From assembly GCF_964355755.1 (NCBI RefSeq), contig NC_092677.1, forward strand, positions 21,625,175 to 21,689,174: 64,000 bases of DNA, written 5' to 3'. Numbering within the stretch: position 1 is the stretch's first letter; each line of letters opens with the position of its first letter. The position numbers and the translations under genes are program-made. Below, one piece after another: positions 26,101 to 41,100 of the stretch. Origin of the DNA: Antedon mediterranea (taxonomy: Eukaryota > Animalia > Echinodermata). The notes below the pieces were generated by a model. That model had not been told where the DNA came from, did no database searches, and saw nothing but the letters and a program-made list of their open reading frames with translations.

Positions 26101-29100
26101 TCACTTGTTTAGGCCTGACATTTACAACCCTCAAAATATCTCACTTTCAAAAACAATATTTATTCTAAATAAAAAAAAAAAAGAAACAAGATATCCGTAG
26201 AGGTTCGAACCCACTAGTGAGAGCAATCAAACTTGAGCATTACCCGTTACGACACAAACCACTAGATGACTGAAGAGCTGATAATACTCTATTTATATGA
26301 AATAAATAATAAATCAATGAAAAATAATGCCATGCAACTTTGTTTCTGATTTTAAAAAAGGTCCACTTGTTTAGGCCTGATATTTACAACCCTAAAAATA
26401 TCTCACTTTCAAAAACCATATTTATTTTCAATTTAAAAAAAAAAGAAAAAAAATATCCCTAGAGGTTCGAACCCACTACTGGGAGAACTCAAACCTGAGC
26501 ACCACCGGTTACGCCACAAACCAGTAGATGACTGAAGAGCTGATAACAGTCTATTTATATGAAATGAATGATCCATCAATGTAAAATGATGTTATGCAAC
26601 TTTGTTTCTGATTTTAAAAAAAGGTCCACTTGGTTAGGCTTGACATTTAAAACCCTCAAAATATCTCACTTTCAAAAACCATATTTATTTTCAATTTAAA
26701 AAAAAAGAAAAAAAATATCCCTTGAGGTTCGACCCACTACTCAGAGCACTCAAACCTGAGCATTACCCGTTACGCCACAAACCAGTAGATGACTGAAGAG
26801 CTGATAATAGTCTATTTATATGAAATAAATTATCAATCAATGAAAAATAATGCCATGCAACTTTGTTTCTGATTTTAAAAAAGATCCATTTGTTTAGGCC
26901 TGACATTTACAACCCTAAAAAATATCTCATTTTCAAAAAAAATATTTATTTTCAATAAGAAAAAAAAAAAGCAATATCCCTAGAGGTTGGTACCCGCTAC
27001 TGAGAGCACTCAAACCTGGGTACTACCCGTTACGCCACAAACCAGTAGATAACTGAAGAGCTGATAATAGTCTATTTATATGAAATTAATGATCAATCAA
27101 TGAAAAATAATGCCATGCAACTTTGTTTCTGATTTTAAAAAAGGTCCACTTGTTTAGGCCTGACATTTACAACCCTCAAAATATCTCACTTTCAAAAACC
27201 ATATTTTTTTCAATAAAAAAAAAAAAAAAAAAAAAAAAATATTCGTAGAGGTTCGAACCCACTACTGCGAGAACTCAAACCTGAGCATTACCCGTTACGC
27301 CTCAAACCAGTAGATGACTGAAGAGCTGATAATACTCTATTTATATGAAATTAATAATAAATCAATGAAAAATAATGCCATGCAACTTTGTTTCTGATTT
27401 TAAAAAAGGTTCACTTGTTTAGGCCTGACATTTACAACCCTCAAAATATCTCACTTTCAAAAACAATATTTATTTTAAATAAAAAAAAAAAAAAATATCC
27501 GTAGAGGTTCGAACCCACTAGTGAGAGCACTCAAACTTGAGCATTACCCGTTACGCCACAAACCAGTAGATAACTGAAGAGCTGATAATAGTCTATTTAT
27601 ATGAAATGAATGATCAATCAATGAAAAATAATGCCATGCAACTTTGTTTCTGATTTTAAAAAAGGTCCACTTGTTTAGGCCTGACATTTACAACCCTCAA
27701 AATATCTCACTTTCAAAAACAATATTTTTTTTCAATAAAAAAAAAAAAGAAAAAAAAAATTCGTAGAGGTTCGAACCCACTACTGCGAGAACTCTAACCT
27801 GAGCATTACCCGTTACGCCTCAAACCAGTAGATGACTGAAGAGCTGATAATACTCTATTTATATGAAATTAATAATAAATCAATGAAAAATAATGCCATG
27901 CAACTTTGTTTCTGATTTTAAAAAAGGTTCACTTGTTTAGGCCTGACATTTACAACCCTCAAAATATCTCACTTTCAAAAACCATATTTATTTTCAATTT
28001 AAAAAAAAAGAAAAAAAATATCCCTTGAGGTTCGACCCACTACTCAGAGCACTCAAACCTGAGCATTACCCGTTACGCCACAAACCAGTAGATGACTGAA
28101 GAGCTGATAATAGTCTATTTATATGAAATGAATGATCAATCAATGAAAAATAATGCCATGCAACTTTGTTTCTGATTTTAAAAAAGGTCCACTTGTTTCG
28201 GCCTGACATTTACAACCCTCAAAATATCTCACTTTCAAAAACAATATTTTTTTCAATAAAAAAAAAAAAGAAAACAAATATTCGTAGAGGTTCGAACCCA
28301 CTACTGCGAGAACTCAAACCTGAGCATTACCCGTTACGCCTCAAAGCAGTAGATGACTGAAGAGCTGATAATACTCTATTTATATGAAATTAATAACAAA
28401 TCAATGAAAAATAATGCCATGCAACTTTGTTTCTGATTTTAAAAAAGGTTCACTTGTTTAGGCCTGACATTTACAACCCTCAAAATATCTCACTTTAAAA
28501 AACAATATTTATTTTAAATAAGAAAAAAAAGAAACAAAATATCCGTAGAGGTTCGAACCCACTAGTGAGAGCACTCAAACTTGAGCATTACCCGTTACGC
28601 CACAAACCAGTAGATGACTGAAGAGCTGACAATACTCTATTTATATGAAATGAATGATCAATCAATGAAAAATAATGCCATGCAACTTTGTTTCTGATTT
28701 TAAAAAAGGTCCACTTGTTTAGGCCTGACATTTACAACCCTCAAAATATCTCACTTTCAAAAACAATATTTATTTTCAATAAAAAAAAAAAAAAAAAAAA
28801 AAATATTCGTAGAGGTTCGAACCCACTACTGCGAGAACTCAAACCTGAGCATTACCCGTTACGCCTCAAACCAGTAGATGACTGAAGAGCTGATAATACT
28901 CTATTTATATGAAATTAATAATAAATCAATGAAAAATAATGCAATGCAACTTTGTTTCTGATTTTAAAAAAGGTTCATTTGTTTAGGCCTGTCATTTACA
29001 ACCCTCAAAATATCTCACCTTCAAAAAAAATATTTATTTTCAATAAAAAAAAAAAAGAAAAGAAATATCCCTAGAGGTTCGAACCCACTAGTAAGAGCAC

Positions 29101-32100
29101 TCAAACTTGAGCATTACCCGTTACGCCACAAACCAGTAGATGACTGAAGAGCTGATAATACTCTATTTATATGAAATAAATAATAAATCAATGAAAAATA
29201 ATGCCATGCAACTTTGTTTCTGATTTTAAAAAAGGTTTACTTGTTTTGGCCTGACATTTACAACCCTCAAAATATCTCACTTTCAAAAACAATATTTTTT
29301 CAATTAAAAAAAAAAAAGAAATAAAATATCAGTAGAGGTTTGAACCCACTAGTGAGAGCACTCAAACTTGAGCATTACCCGCTACGCCACAAACCAGTAG
29401 ATGACTGAAGAGCTGATAACAGTCTATTTATATGAAATGAATGATCCATCAATGTAAAATGATGTTATGCAACTTTGTTTCTGATTTTAAAAAAAGGTCC
29501 ACTTGGTTAGGCTTGCCATTTAAAACCCTCAAAATATCTCACTTTCAAAAACCATATTTATTTTCAATTTAAAAAAAAAGAAAAAAAATATCCCTTGAGG
29601 TTCGACCCACTACTCAGAGCACTCAAACCTGAGCATTACCCGTTACGCCACAAACCAGTAGATGACTGAAGAGCTGATAATAGTCTATTTATATGAAATA
29701 AATTATCAATCAATAAAAAATAATGCCATGCAACTTTGTTTCTGATTTTAAAAAAGATCCATTTGTTTAGGCCTGACATTTACAACCCTAAAAAATATCT
29801 CATTTTCAAAAAAAATATTTATTTTCAATAAGAAAAAAAAAAAGCAATATCCCTAGAGGTTGGTACCCGCTACTGAGAGCACTCAAACCTGGGTACTACC
29901 CGTTACGCCACAAACCAGTAGATAACTGAAGAGCTGATAATAGTCTATTTATATGAAATTAATGATCAATCAATGAAAAATAATGCCATGCAACTTTGTT
30001 TCTGATTTTAAAAAAGGTCCACTTGTTTAGGCCTGACATTTACAACCCTCAAAATATCTCACTTTCAAAAACCATATTTTTTTCAATAAAAAAAAAAAAA
30101 AAAAAAAAAAAATATTCGTAGAGGTTCGAACCCACTACTGCGAGAACTCAAACCTGAGCATTACCCGTTACGCCTCAAACCAGTAGATGACTGAAGAGCT
30201 GATAATACTCTATTTATATGAAATTAATAATAAATCAATGAAAAATAATGCCATGCAACTTTGTTTCTGATTTTAAAAAAGGTTCACTTGTTTAGGCCTG
30301 ACATTTACAACCCTCAAAATATCTCACTTTCAAAAACAATATTTATTTTAAATAAAAAAAAAAAAAAATATCCGTAGAGGTTCGAACCCACTAGTGAGAG
30401 CACTCAAACTTGAGCATTACCCGTTACGCCACAAACCAGTAGATAACTGAAGAGCTGATAATAGTCTATTTATATGAAATGAATGATCAATCAATGAAAA
30501 ATAATGCCATGCAACTTTGTTTCTGATTTTAAAAAAGGTCCACTTGTTTAGGCCTGACATTTACAACCCTCAAAATATCTCACTTTCAAAAACAATATTT
30601 TTTTTCAATAAAAAAAAAAAAGAAAAAAAATATTCGTAGAGGTTCGAACCCACTACTGCGAGAACTCTAACCTGAGCATTACCCGTTACGCCTCAAACCA
30701 GTAGATGACTGAAGAGCTGATAATACTCTATTTATATGAAATTAATAATAAATCAATGAAAAATAATGCCATGCAACTTTGTTTCTGATTTTAAAAAAGG
30801 TTCACTTGTTTAGGCCTGACATTTACAACCCTCAAAATATCTCACTTTCAAAAACAATATTTATTTTCAATAAAAAAAAAAAAAAAAAAAAAAATATTCG
30901 TAGAGGTTCGAACCCACTACTGCGAGAACTCAAACCTGAGCATTACCCGTTACGCCTCAAACCAGTAGATGACTGAAGAGCTGATAATACTCTATTTATA
31001 TGAAATTAATAATAAATCAATGAAAAATAATGCAATGCAACTTTGTTTCTGATTTTAAAAAAGGTTCATTTGTTTAGGCCTGTCATTTACAACCCTCAAA
31101 ATATCTCACCTTCAAAAAAAATATTTATTTTCAATAAAAAAAAAAAAGAAAAGAAATATCCCTAGAGGTTCGAACCCACTAGTAAGAGCACTCAAACTTG
31201 AGCATTACCCGTTACGCCACAAACCAGTAGATGACTGAAGAGCTGATAATACTCTATTTATATGAAATAAATAATAAATCAATGAAAAATAATGCCATGC
31301 AACTTTGTTTCTGATTTTAAAAAAGGTTTACTTGTTTTGGCCTGACATTTACAACCCTCAAAATATCTCACTTTCAAAAACAATATTTTTTCAATTAAAA
31401 AAAAAAAAGAAATAAAATATCAGTAGAGGTTTGAACCCACTAGTGAGAGCACTCAAACTTGAGCATTACCCGCTACGCCACAAACCAGTAGATGACTGAA
31501 GAGCTGATAATACTCTATTTATATGAAATAAATAATAAATCAATGAAAAATAATGCCATGCAACTTTGTTTCTGATTTTAAAAAAGGTTCATTTGTTTAG
31601 GCCTGTCATTTACAACCCTCAAAATATCTCACCTTCAAAAAAAAATTTATTTTCAATAAAAAAAAAAAGAAAAGAAATATCCCTAGAGGTTCGAACCCAC
31701 TACTGCGAGCACTCAAACTTGAGCATTACCCGTTACGCCTCAAACCAGTAGATGACTGAAGAGCTGATAATACTCTATTTATATGAAATGAATAATAAAT
31801 CAATGAAAAATAATGCCATGCAACTTTGTTTCTGATTTTAAAAAAGGTTCACTTGTTTAGGCCTGACATTTACAACCATCAAAATATCTCACCTTCAAAA
31901 ACAATATTTATTTTCAAATAAAAAAAAAAGAAAAAAAATATCCCTAAAAGTTCGAACCTACTATTGAAATCACTCAAACCTGAGCATTACCCGTTCGCCG
32001 CAAACCATTTTATGACTGAAGAGCTGATAATAGTCTATTTATATGAAATGGATGATCAATCAATGAAAAATAATGCCATGCAACTTTGTTTCTGATTTAA

Positions 32101-35100
32101 AAAAAGATCCATTTGTTTAGGCCTGACATTTACAACCCTAAAAAATATCTCATTTTCAAAAAAAATATTTTTTTTCAATAAGAAAAAAAAAAGCAATATC
32201 CCTAGAGGTTGGAACCCGCTACTGAGAGCACTCAAACCTGGGTATTACCCGTTACGCCACAAACCAGTAGATAACTGAAGAGCTGATAATAGTCTATTTA
32301 TATGAAATTAATGATCAATCAATGAAAAATAATGCCATGCAACTTTGTTTCTGATTTTAAAAAAGGTCCACTTGTTTAGGCCTGACATTTACAACCCTCA
32401 AAATATCTCACTTTCAAAAACAATATTTTTTTCAATAAAAAAAAAAAACAAAATATTCGTAGAGGTTCGAACCCACTACTGCGAGAACTCAAACCTGAGC
32501 ATTACCCGTTACGCCTCAAACCAGTAGATGACTGAAGAGCTGATAATACTCTATTTATATGAAATTAATAATAAATCAATGAAAAATAATGCCATGCAAC
32601 TTTGTTTCTGATTTTAAAAAAGGTTCACTTGTTTAGGCCTGACATTTACAACCCTCAAAATATCTTACTTTCAAAAACAATATTTATTTTAAATAAAAAA
32701 AAAAAAAAAGAATATCCGTAGAGGTTCGAACCCACTAGTGAGAGCACTCAAACTTGAGCATTACCCGTTACGCCACAAACCAGTAGATAACTGAAGAGCT
32801 GATAATAGTCTATTTATATGAAATGAATGATCAATCAATGAAAAATAATGCCATGCAACTTTGTTTCTGATTTTAAAAAAGGTCCACTTGTTTAGGCCTG
32901 ACATTTACAACCCTCAAAATATCTCACTTTCAAAAACAATATTTTTTTCAATAAAAAAAAAAAAAGAAAAAAAATATTCGTAGAGGTTCGAACCCACTAC
33001 TGCGAGAACTCAAACCTGAGCATTACCCGTTACGCCTCAAACCAGTAGATGACTGAAGAGCTGATAATACTCTATTTATATGAAATTAATAATAAATAAA
33101 TGAAAAATAATGCAATGCAACTTTGTTTCTGATTTTAAAAAAGGTTCACTTGTTTAGGCCTGACATTTACAACCCTCAAAATATTTCACTTTCAAAAACA
33201 ATATTTATTTTAAATAAAAAAAAGAAAGAAACAAAATACCCGTAGAGGTTCGAACCCACTAGTGAGAGCACTCAAACTTGAGCATTACCCGTTACGCCAC
33301 AAACCAGTAGATGACTGAAGAGCTGACAATACTCTATTTATATGAAATAAATAATAAATCAATGAAAAATAATGCCATGCAACTTTGTTTCTGATTTTAA
33401 AAAAGGTCCACTTGTTTAGGCCTGACATTTACAACCCTCAAAATATCTCACTTTCAAAAACCATATTTATTTTCAATTTAAAAAAAAAAGAAAAAAAATA
33501 TCCCTAGAGGTTCGACCCACTACTCAGAGCACTCAAACCTGAGCATTACCCGTTACGCCACAAACCAGTAGATGACTGAAAAGCTGATAATAGTCTATTT
33601 ATATGAAATGAATGAACAATCAATGAAAAATAATGCCATGCAACTTTGTTTCTGATTTTAAAAAATATCCATTTGTTTAGGCCTGACATTCACAACCCTA
33701 AAAAATATCTCATTTTCAAAAAAAATATTTATTTTCAATAAGAAAAAAAAAAGCAATATCCCTAGAGGTTCGAACCCACTACTGCGAGAACTCAAACCTG
33801 AGCATTACCCTTTACGCCTCAAACCAGTAGATGACTGAAGAGCTGATAATACTCTATTTATATGAAATTAATAATAAATCAATGAAAAATAATGCCATGC
33901 AACTTTGTTTCTGATTTTAAAAAAGGTCCACTTGTTTAGGCCTGACATTTACAACCATCAAAATATCTCCCTTTAAAAAACCATATTTATTTTCAATTTA
34001 AAAAAAAAGAAAAAAAATATCCCTAGAGGTTCGACCCACTACTCAGAGCACTCAAAACTGAGCATTACCCGTTACGCCACAAACCAGTAGATGACTGAAG
34101 AGCTGATAATAGTCTATTTATATGAAATGAATGATCAATCAATGAAAAATAATGCCATGCAACTTTGTTTCTGATTTAAAAAAAGGTTCACTTGTTTAGG
34201 CCTGACATTTACAACCCTAAAAATATCTCACTTTCAAAAACAATATTTATTTTCAATTTAAAAAAAAAATCCCTAGAGGTTCGAACCCACTACTAAGAGA
34301 ACTCAAACCTGAGCATTATCCGTTACGCCACCAACCAGTAGGTGACTGAGGAGCTGATAATAGTCTATTTATATGAAATAAATGATCAATCAATGAAAAA
34401 TAATGCCATGCAACTTTGTTTCTGATTTTAAAAAAGGTTCACTTGTTTTGGCCTGACATTTACAACCCTCAAAATATCTCACTTTCAAAAACAATATTTT
34501 TTCAATTAAAAAAAAAAAAGAAATAAAATATCAGTAGAGGTTTGAACCCACTAGTGAGAGCACTCAAACTTGAGCATTACCCGCTACGCCACAAACCAGT
34601 AGATGACTGAAGAGCTGATAATACTCTATTTATATGAAATAAATAATAAATCAATGAAAAATAATTCCATGCAACTTTGTTTCTGATTTTAAAAAAGGTT
34701 CATTTGTTTAGGCCTGTCATTTACAACCCTCAAAATATCTCACCTTCAAAAAAAATATTTATATTCAATAAAAAAAAAAAAGAAAAGAAATATCCCTAGA
34801 GGTTCGAACCCACTACTGCGAGCACTCAAACTTGAGCATTACCCGTTACGCCTCAACCCAGTAGATGACTGAAGAGCTGATAATACTCTATTTATATGAA
34901 ATGAATAATAAATCAATGAAAAATAATGCCATGCAACTTTGTTTCTGATTTTAAAAAAGGTTCACTTGTTTAGGCCTGACATTTACAACCCTCAAAATAT
35001 CTCACCTTCAAAAACAATATTTATTTTCAAATAAAAAAAAAGAAAAAAAATATCCCTAGAAGTTCGAACCCACTATTGAAATCACTCAAACCTGAGCATT

Positions 35101-38100
35101 ACCCGTTCGCCGCAAACCATTTTATGACTGAAGAGCTGATAATAGTCTATTTATATGAAATGGATGATCAATCAATGAAAAATAATGCCATGCAACTTTG
35201 TTTCTGATTTTAAAAAAGGTTCATTTGTTTAGGCCTGACAGTTGCAACCCTCAAAATATCTCACTTTCAAAAACAATATTTATTTTCAATTAAAAAAAAA
35301 AGAAAAAAAAATACCCGTATAGGTTCGAACCCACTACTGAGAGCACTCAAACCTGAGCATTACACGTTACGCCACAAACCAGTAGATGACTGAGAAGCTG
35401 ATAATAGTTTATATATATGAAATGAATGATCAATCAATGAAAAATAATGCCATGCAACTTTGTTTCTGATTGAAAAAAAGGTCCACTTGTTTAGGCCTGA
35501 CATTTACAACCCTCAAAATATCTCACTTTCAAAAACAATATCTTTTCAATTAAAAAAAAAAAGAAATAAAATATCAGTAGAGGTTCGAACCCACTAGTGA
35601 GAGCACTCAAACTTGAGCATTACCCGCTATGCCACAAACCAGTAGATGACTGAAGAGCTGATAATACTCTATTTATATGAAATAAATAATAAATCAATGA
35701 AAAATAATGCCATGTAACTTTGTTTCTGATTTTAAAAAAGATCCATTTGTTTAGGCCTGACATTTACAACCCTAAAAAATATCTCATTTTCAAAAAAAAT
35801 ATTTATTTTCAATAAGAAAAAAAAAAGCAATATCCCTAGAGGTTGGAACCCGCTACTGAGAGCACTCAAACCTGGGTATTACCCGTTACGCCACAAACCA
35901 GTAGATGACTGAAGAGCTGATAATAGTCTATTTATATGAAATGAATGATCAATCAATGAAAAATAATGCCATGCAACTTTGTTTCTGATTTTAAAAAAGG
36001 TCCACTTGTTTAGGCCTGACATTTACAACCCTCAAAATATCTCACTTTCAAAAACAATATTTATTTTCAATTTAAAAAAAAAATCCCTAGAGGTTCGAAC
36101 CCACTACTAAGAGAACTCAAACCTGAGCATTATCCGTTACGCCACCAACCAGTAGATGACTGAGGAGCTGATAATAGTCTATTTATATGAAATGAATGAT
36201 CAATCAATGAAAAATAATGCCATGCAACTTTGTTTCTGATTGAAAAAAATGTTCACTTGTTTTGGCCTGACATTTACAACCCTCAAAATATCTCACTTTC
36301 AAAAACAATATTTTTTCAATTAAAAAAAAAAAGAAATAATATATCAGTAGAGGTTCGAACTCACTAGTGAGAGCACTCAAACTTGAGCATTACCCGTTAC
36401 GCCACAAACCAGTAGATGACTCAAGAGCTGATAATACTCTATTTATATGAAATAAATAATAAATCAATGAAAAATAATACCAGGCAACTTTGTTTCTGAT
36501 TTTAAAAAAGGTTCACTTGTTTAGGCCTGTCATTTACAACCCTCAAAATATCTCACCTTCAAAAAAAATATTTATTTTCAATAAAAAAAAAAAAGAAAAG
36601 GAATATCCCTAGAGGTTCGAACCCACTACTGCGAGCACTCAAACTTGAGCATTACCCGTTACGCCTCAAACCAGTAAATGACTGAAGAGCTGATAATACT
36701 CTATTTAAATGAAATGAATAATAAATCAATCAAAAATAATGCCATGCAACTTTGTTTCTGATTTTATAAAAGGTTCACTTGTTTAGGCCTGACATTTACA
36801 ACCCTCAAAATATCTCACCTTCAAAAACAATATTTATTTTCAAATAAAAAAAAAAGAAAAAAAATATCCCTAGAAGTTCGAACCCACTATTGAAATCACT
36901 CAAACCTGAGCATTACCCGTTCGCCGCATACCATTTTATGACTGAAGAGCTGATAATAGTCTATTTATATGAAATGGATGATCAATCAATGAAAAATAAT
37001 GCCATGCAACTTTGTTTCTGATTTTAAAAAAGGTTCACTTGTTTAGGCCTGACAGTTGCAACCCTAAAAATATCTCACTTTCAAAAACAATATTTATTTT
37101 CAATTAAAAAAAAAAGAAAAAAAAATACCCGTATAGGTTCGAACCCACTACTGAGAGCACTCAAACCTGAGCATTACACGTTACGCCACAAACCAGTAGA
37201 TGACTGAGGAGCTGATAATAGTCTATATATATGAAATGAATGATCAATCAATGAAAAATAATGCCATGCAATTTGTTTCTTATTGAAAAAAATGTTCACT
37301 TGTTTAGGCCTGACATTTACAACCCTCAAAATATCTCACTTTCAAAAACAATATTTATTTTCAAATAAAAAAAAAAAAAAAAAAATATCCCTAGAAGTTC
37401 GAACCCACTATTGAAATCACTCAAAACTGAGCATTACCCGTTACGCCGCAAACCAGTATATAACTGAAGAGCTGATAATAGTCTATTTATATGAAATGGA
37501 TGATCAACCAATGAAAAATAATGCCATGCAACTTTGTTTCTGATTTTAAAAAAGGTCCACTTGTTTAGGCCTGACATTTACAACCCTCAAAATATCTCAC
37601 TTTCAAAAACAATAATTTTTCAATTAAAAAAAAAAAAGAAATAAAATATCAGTAGAGGTTCGAACCCTCTAGTGAGAGCACTCAAACTTGAGCATTACCC
37701 GCTACGCCACAAACCAGTAGATGACTGAAGAGCTGATAATACTCTATTTATATGAAATAAATAATAAATCAATGAAAAATAATGCCATGCAACTTTGTTT
37801 CTGATTTTAAAAAAAGTTCATTTGTTTAGGCCTGTCATTTACAACCCTCAAAATATCTCACCTTCAAAAAAAATATTTATTTTCAATAAAAAAAAAGAAA
37901 GAAAAGGAATATCCCTAGAGGTTCGAACCCACTACTGCGAGCACTCAAACCTGAGCATTACCCGTTCGCCGCAAACCATTTTATGACTGAAGAGCTGATA
38001 ATAGTCTATTTATATGAAATGAATAATAAATCAATCAAAAATAATGCCATGCAACTTTGTTTCTGATTTTAAAAAAGGTTCACTTGTTGAGGCCTGACAT

Positions 38101-41100
38101 TTACAACCCTCAAAATATCTCACCTTCAAAAACAATATTTATTTTCAAATAAAAAAAAAAGATAAAAAAATATCCCTAGAAGTTCGAACCCACTATTGAA
38201 ATCACTCAAACCTGAGCATTACCCGTTCGCCGCAAACCATTTTATGACTAAAGAGCTGATAATAGTCTATTTAGATGAAATGGATGATCAATCAATGAAA
38301 AATAATGCCATGAAACTTTGTTTCTGATTTTAAAAAAGGTTCACTTGTTTAGGCCTGACAGTTGCAACCCTAAAAATATCTCACTTTCAAAAACAATATT
38401 TATTTTCAAATAAAAAAAAAAAAAAAAAAAATATCCCTAGAAGTTCGAACCCACTATTGAAATCACTCAAAACTGAGCATTACCCGTTACGCCGCAAACC
38501 AGTATATAACTGAAGAGCTGATAATAGTCTATTTATATGAAATGGATGATCAACCAATGAAAAATAATGCCATGCAACTTTGTTTCTGATTGAAAAAAAT
38601 GTTCACTTGTTTAGGCCTGACATTTACAACCCTCAAAATATCTCACTTTCAAAAACAATATTTATTTTCAAATAAAAAAAAAAAAAAAAAAAATATCCCT
38701 AGAAGTTCGAACCCACTATTGAAATCACTCAAAACTGAGCATTACCCGTTACGCCGCAAACCAGTATATAACTGAAGAGCTGATAATAGTCTATTTATAT
38801 GAAATGGATGATCAACCAATGAAAAATAATGCCATGCAACTTTGTTTCTGATTTTAAAAAAGGTCCACTTGTTTAGGCCTGACATTTACAACCCTCAAAA
38901 TATCTCACTTTCAAAAACAATATTTTTTCAATTAAAAAAAAAAAAGAAATAAAATATCAGTAGAGGTTCGAACCCTCTAGTGAGAGCACTCAAACTTGAG
39001 CATTACCCGCTACGCCACAAACCAGTAGATGACTGAAGAGCTGATAATACTCTATTTATATGAAATAAATAATAAATCAATGAAAAATAATGCCATGCAA
39101 CTTTGTTTCTGATTTTAAAAAAGGTTCATTTGTTTAGGCCTGTCATTTACAACCCTCAAAATATCTCACCTTCAAAAAAAATATTTATTTTCAATAAAAA
39201 AAAAAAGAAAAGGAATATCCCTAGAGGTTCGAACCCACTACTGCGAGCACTCAAACCTGAGCATTACCCGTTACGCCTCAAACCAGTAGATGACTGAAGA
39301 GCTGATAATACTCTATTTATATGAAATTAATAATAAATCAATGAAAAATAATGCAATGCAACTTTGTTTCTGATTTTAAAAAAGGTTCACTTGTTTAGGC
39401 CTGACATTTACAACCCTCAAAATATCTCACTTTCAAAAACAATATTTATTTTAAATAAAAAAAAAAAGAAACAAAATACCCGTAGAGGTTCGAACCCACT
39501 AGTGAGAGCACTCAAACTTGAGCATTACCCGTTACGCCACAAACCAGTAGATGACTGAAGAGCTGACAATACTCTATTTATATGAAATAAATAATAAATC
39601 AATGAAAAATAATGCCATGCAACTTTGTTTCTGATTTTAAAAAAGGTCCACTTGTTTAGGCCTGACATTTACAACCCTCAAAATATCTCACTTTCAAAAA
39701 CCATAATTATTTTCAATTTAAAAAAAAAAGAAAAAAAATATCCCTAGAGGTTCGACCCACTACTCAGAGCACTCAAACCTGAGCATTACCCGTTACGCCA
39801 CAAACCAGTAGATGACTGAAAAGCTGATAATAGTCTATTTATATGAAATGAATGATCAATCAATGAAAAATAATGCCATTCAACTTTGTTTATGATTTAA
39901 AAAAATATCCATTTGTTTAGGCCTGACATTCACAACCCTAAAAAATATCTCATTTTCAAAAAAAATATTTATTTTCAATAAGAAAAAAAAAAGCAATATC
40001 CCTAGAGGTTCGAACCCACTACTGCGAGAACTCAAACCTGAGCATTACCCGTTACGCCTCAAACCAGTAGATGACTGAAGAGCTGATAATACTCTATTTA
40101 TATGAAATTAATAATAAATCAATGAAAAATAATGCCATGCAACTTTGTTTCTGATTTTAAAAAAGGTCCACTTGTTTAGGCCTGACATTTACAACCCTCA
40201 AAATATCTCCCTTTAAAAAACCATATTTATTTTCAATTTAAAAAAAAAAGAAAAACAATATCCCTAGAGGTTCGACCCACTACTCAGAGCACTCAAAACT
40301 GAGCATTACCCGTTACGCCACAAACCAGTAGATGACTGAAGAGCTGATAATAGTCTATTTATATGAAATGAATGATCAATCAATGAAAAATAATGCCATG
40401 CAACTTTGTTTCTGATTTAAAAAAAGGTTCACTTGTTTAGGCCTGACATTTACAACCCTAAAAATATCTCACTTTCAAAAACAATATTTATTTTCAATTT
40501 TAAAAAAAAAATCCCTAGAGGTTCGAACCCACTACTGAGAGAACTCAAACCTGAGCATTATCCGTTACGCCACCAACCAGTAGGTGACTGAGGAGCTGAT
40601 AATAGTCTATTTATATGAGATAAATGATCAATCAATGAAAAATAATGCCATGCAACTTTGTTTCTGATTTTAAAAAAGGTTCACTTGTTTTGGCCTGACA
40701 TTTACAACCCTCAAAATATCTCACTTTCAAAAACAATATTTTTTCAATTAAAAAAAAAAAAGAAATAAAATATCAGTAGAGGTTTGAACCCACTAGTGAG
40801 AGCACTCAAACTTGAGCATTACCCGCTACGCCACAAACCAGTAGATGACTGAACAGCTGATAATACTCTATTTATATGAAATAAATAATAAATCAATGAA
40901 AAATAATGCCATGCAACTTTGTTTCTGATTTTAAAAAAGGTTCATTTGTTTAGGCCTGTCATTTACAACCCTCAAAATATCTCACCTTAAAAAAAAAATT
41001 TATTTTCAATAAAAAAAAAAAGAAAAGAAATATCCCTAGAGGTTCGAACCCACTACTGCGAGCACTCAAACTTGAGCATTACCCGTTCGCCGCAAACCAT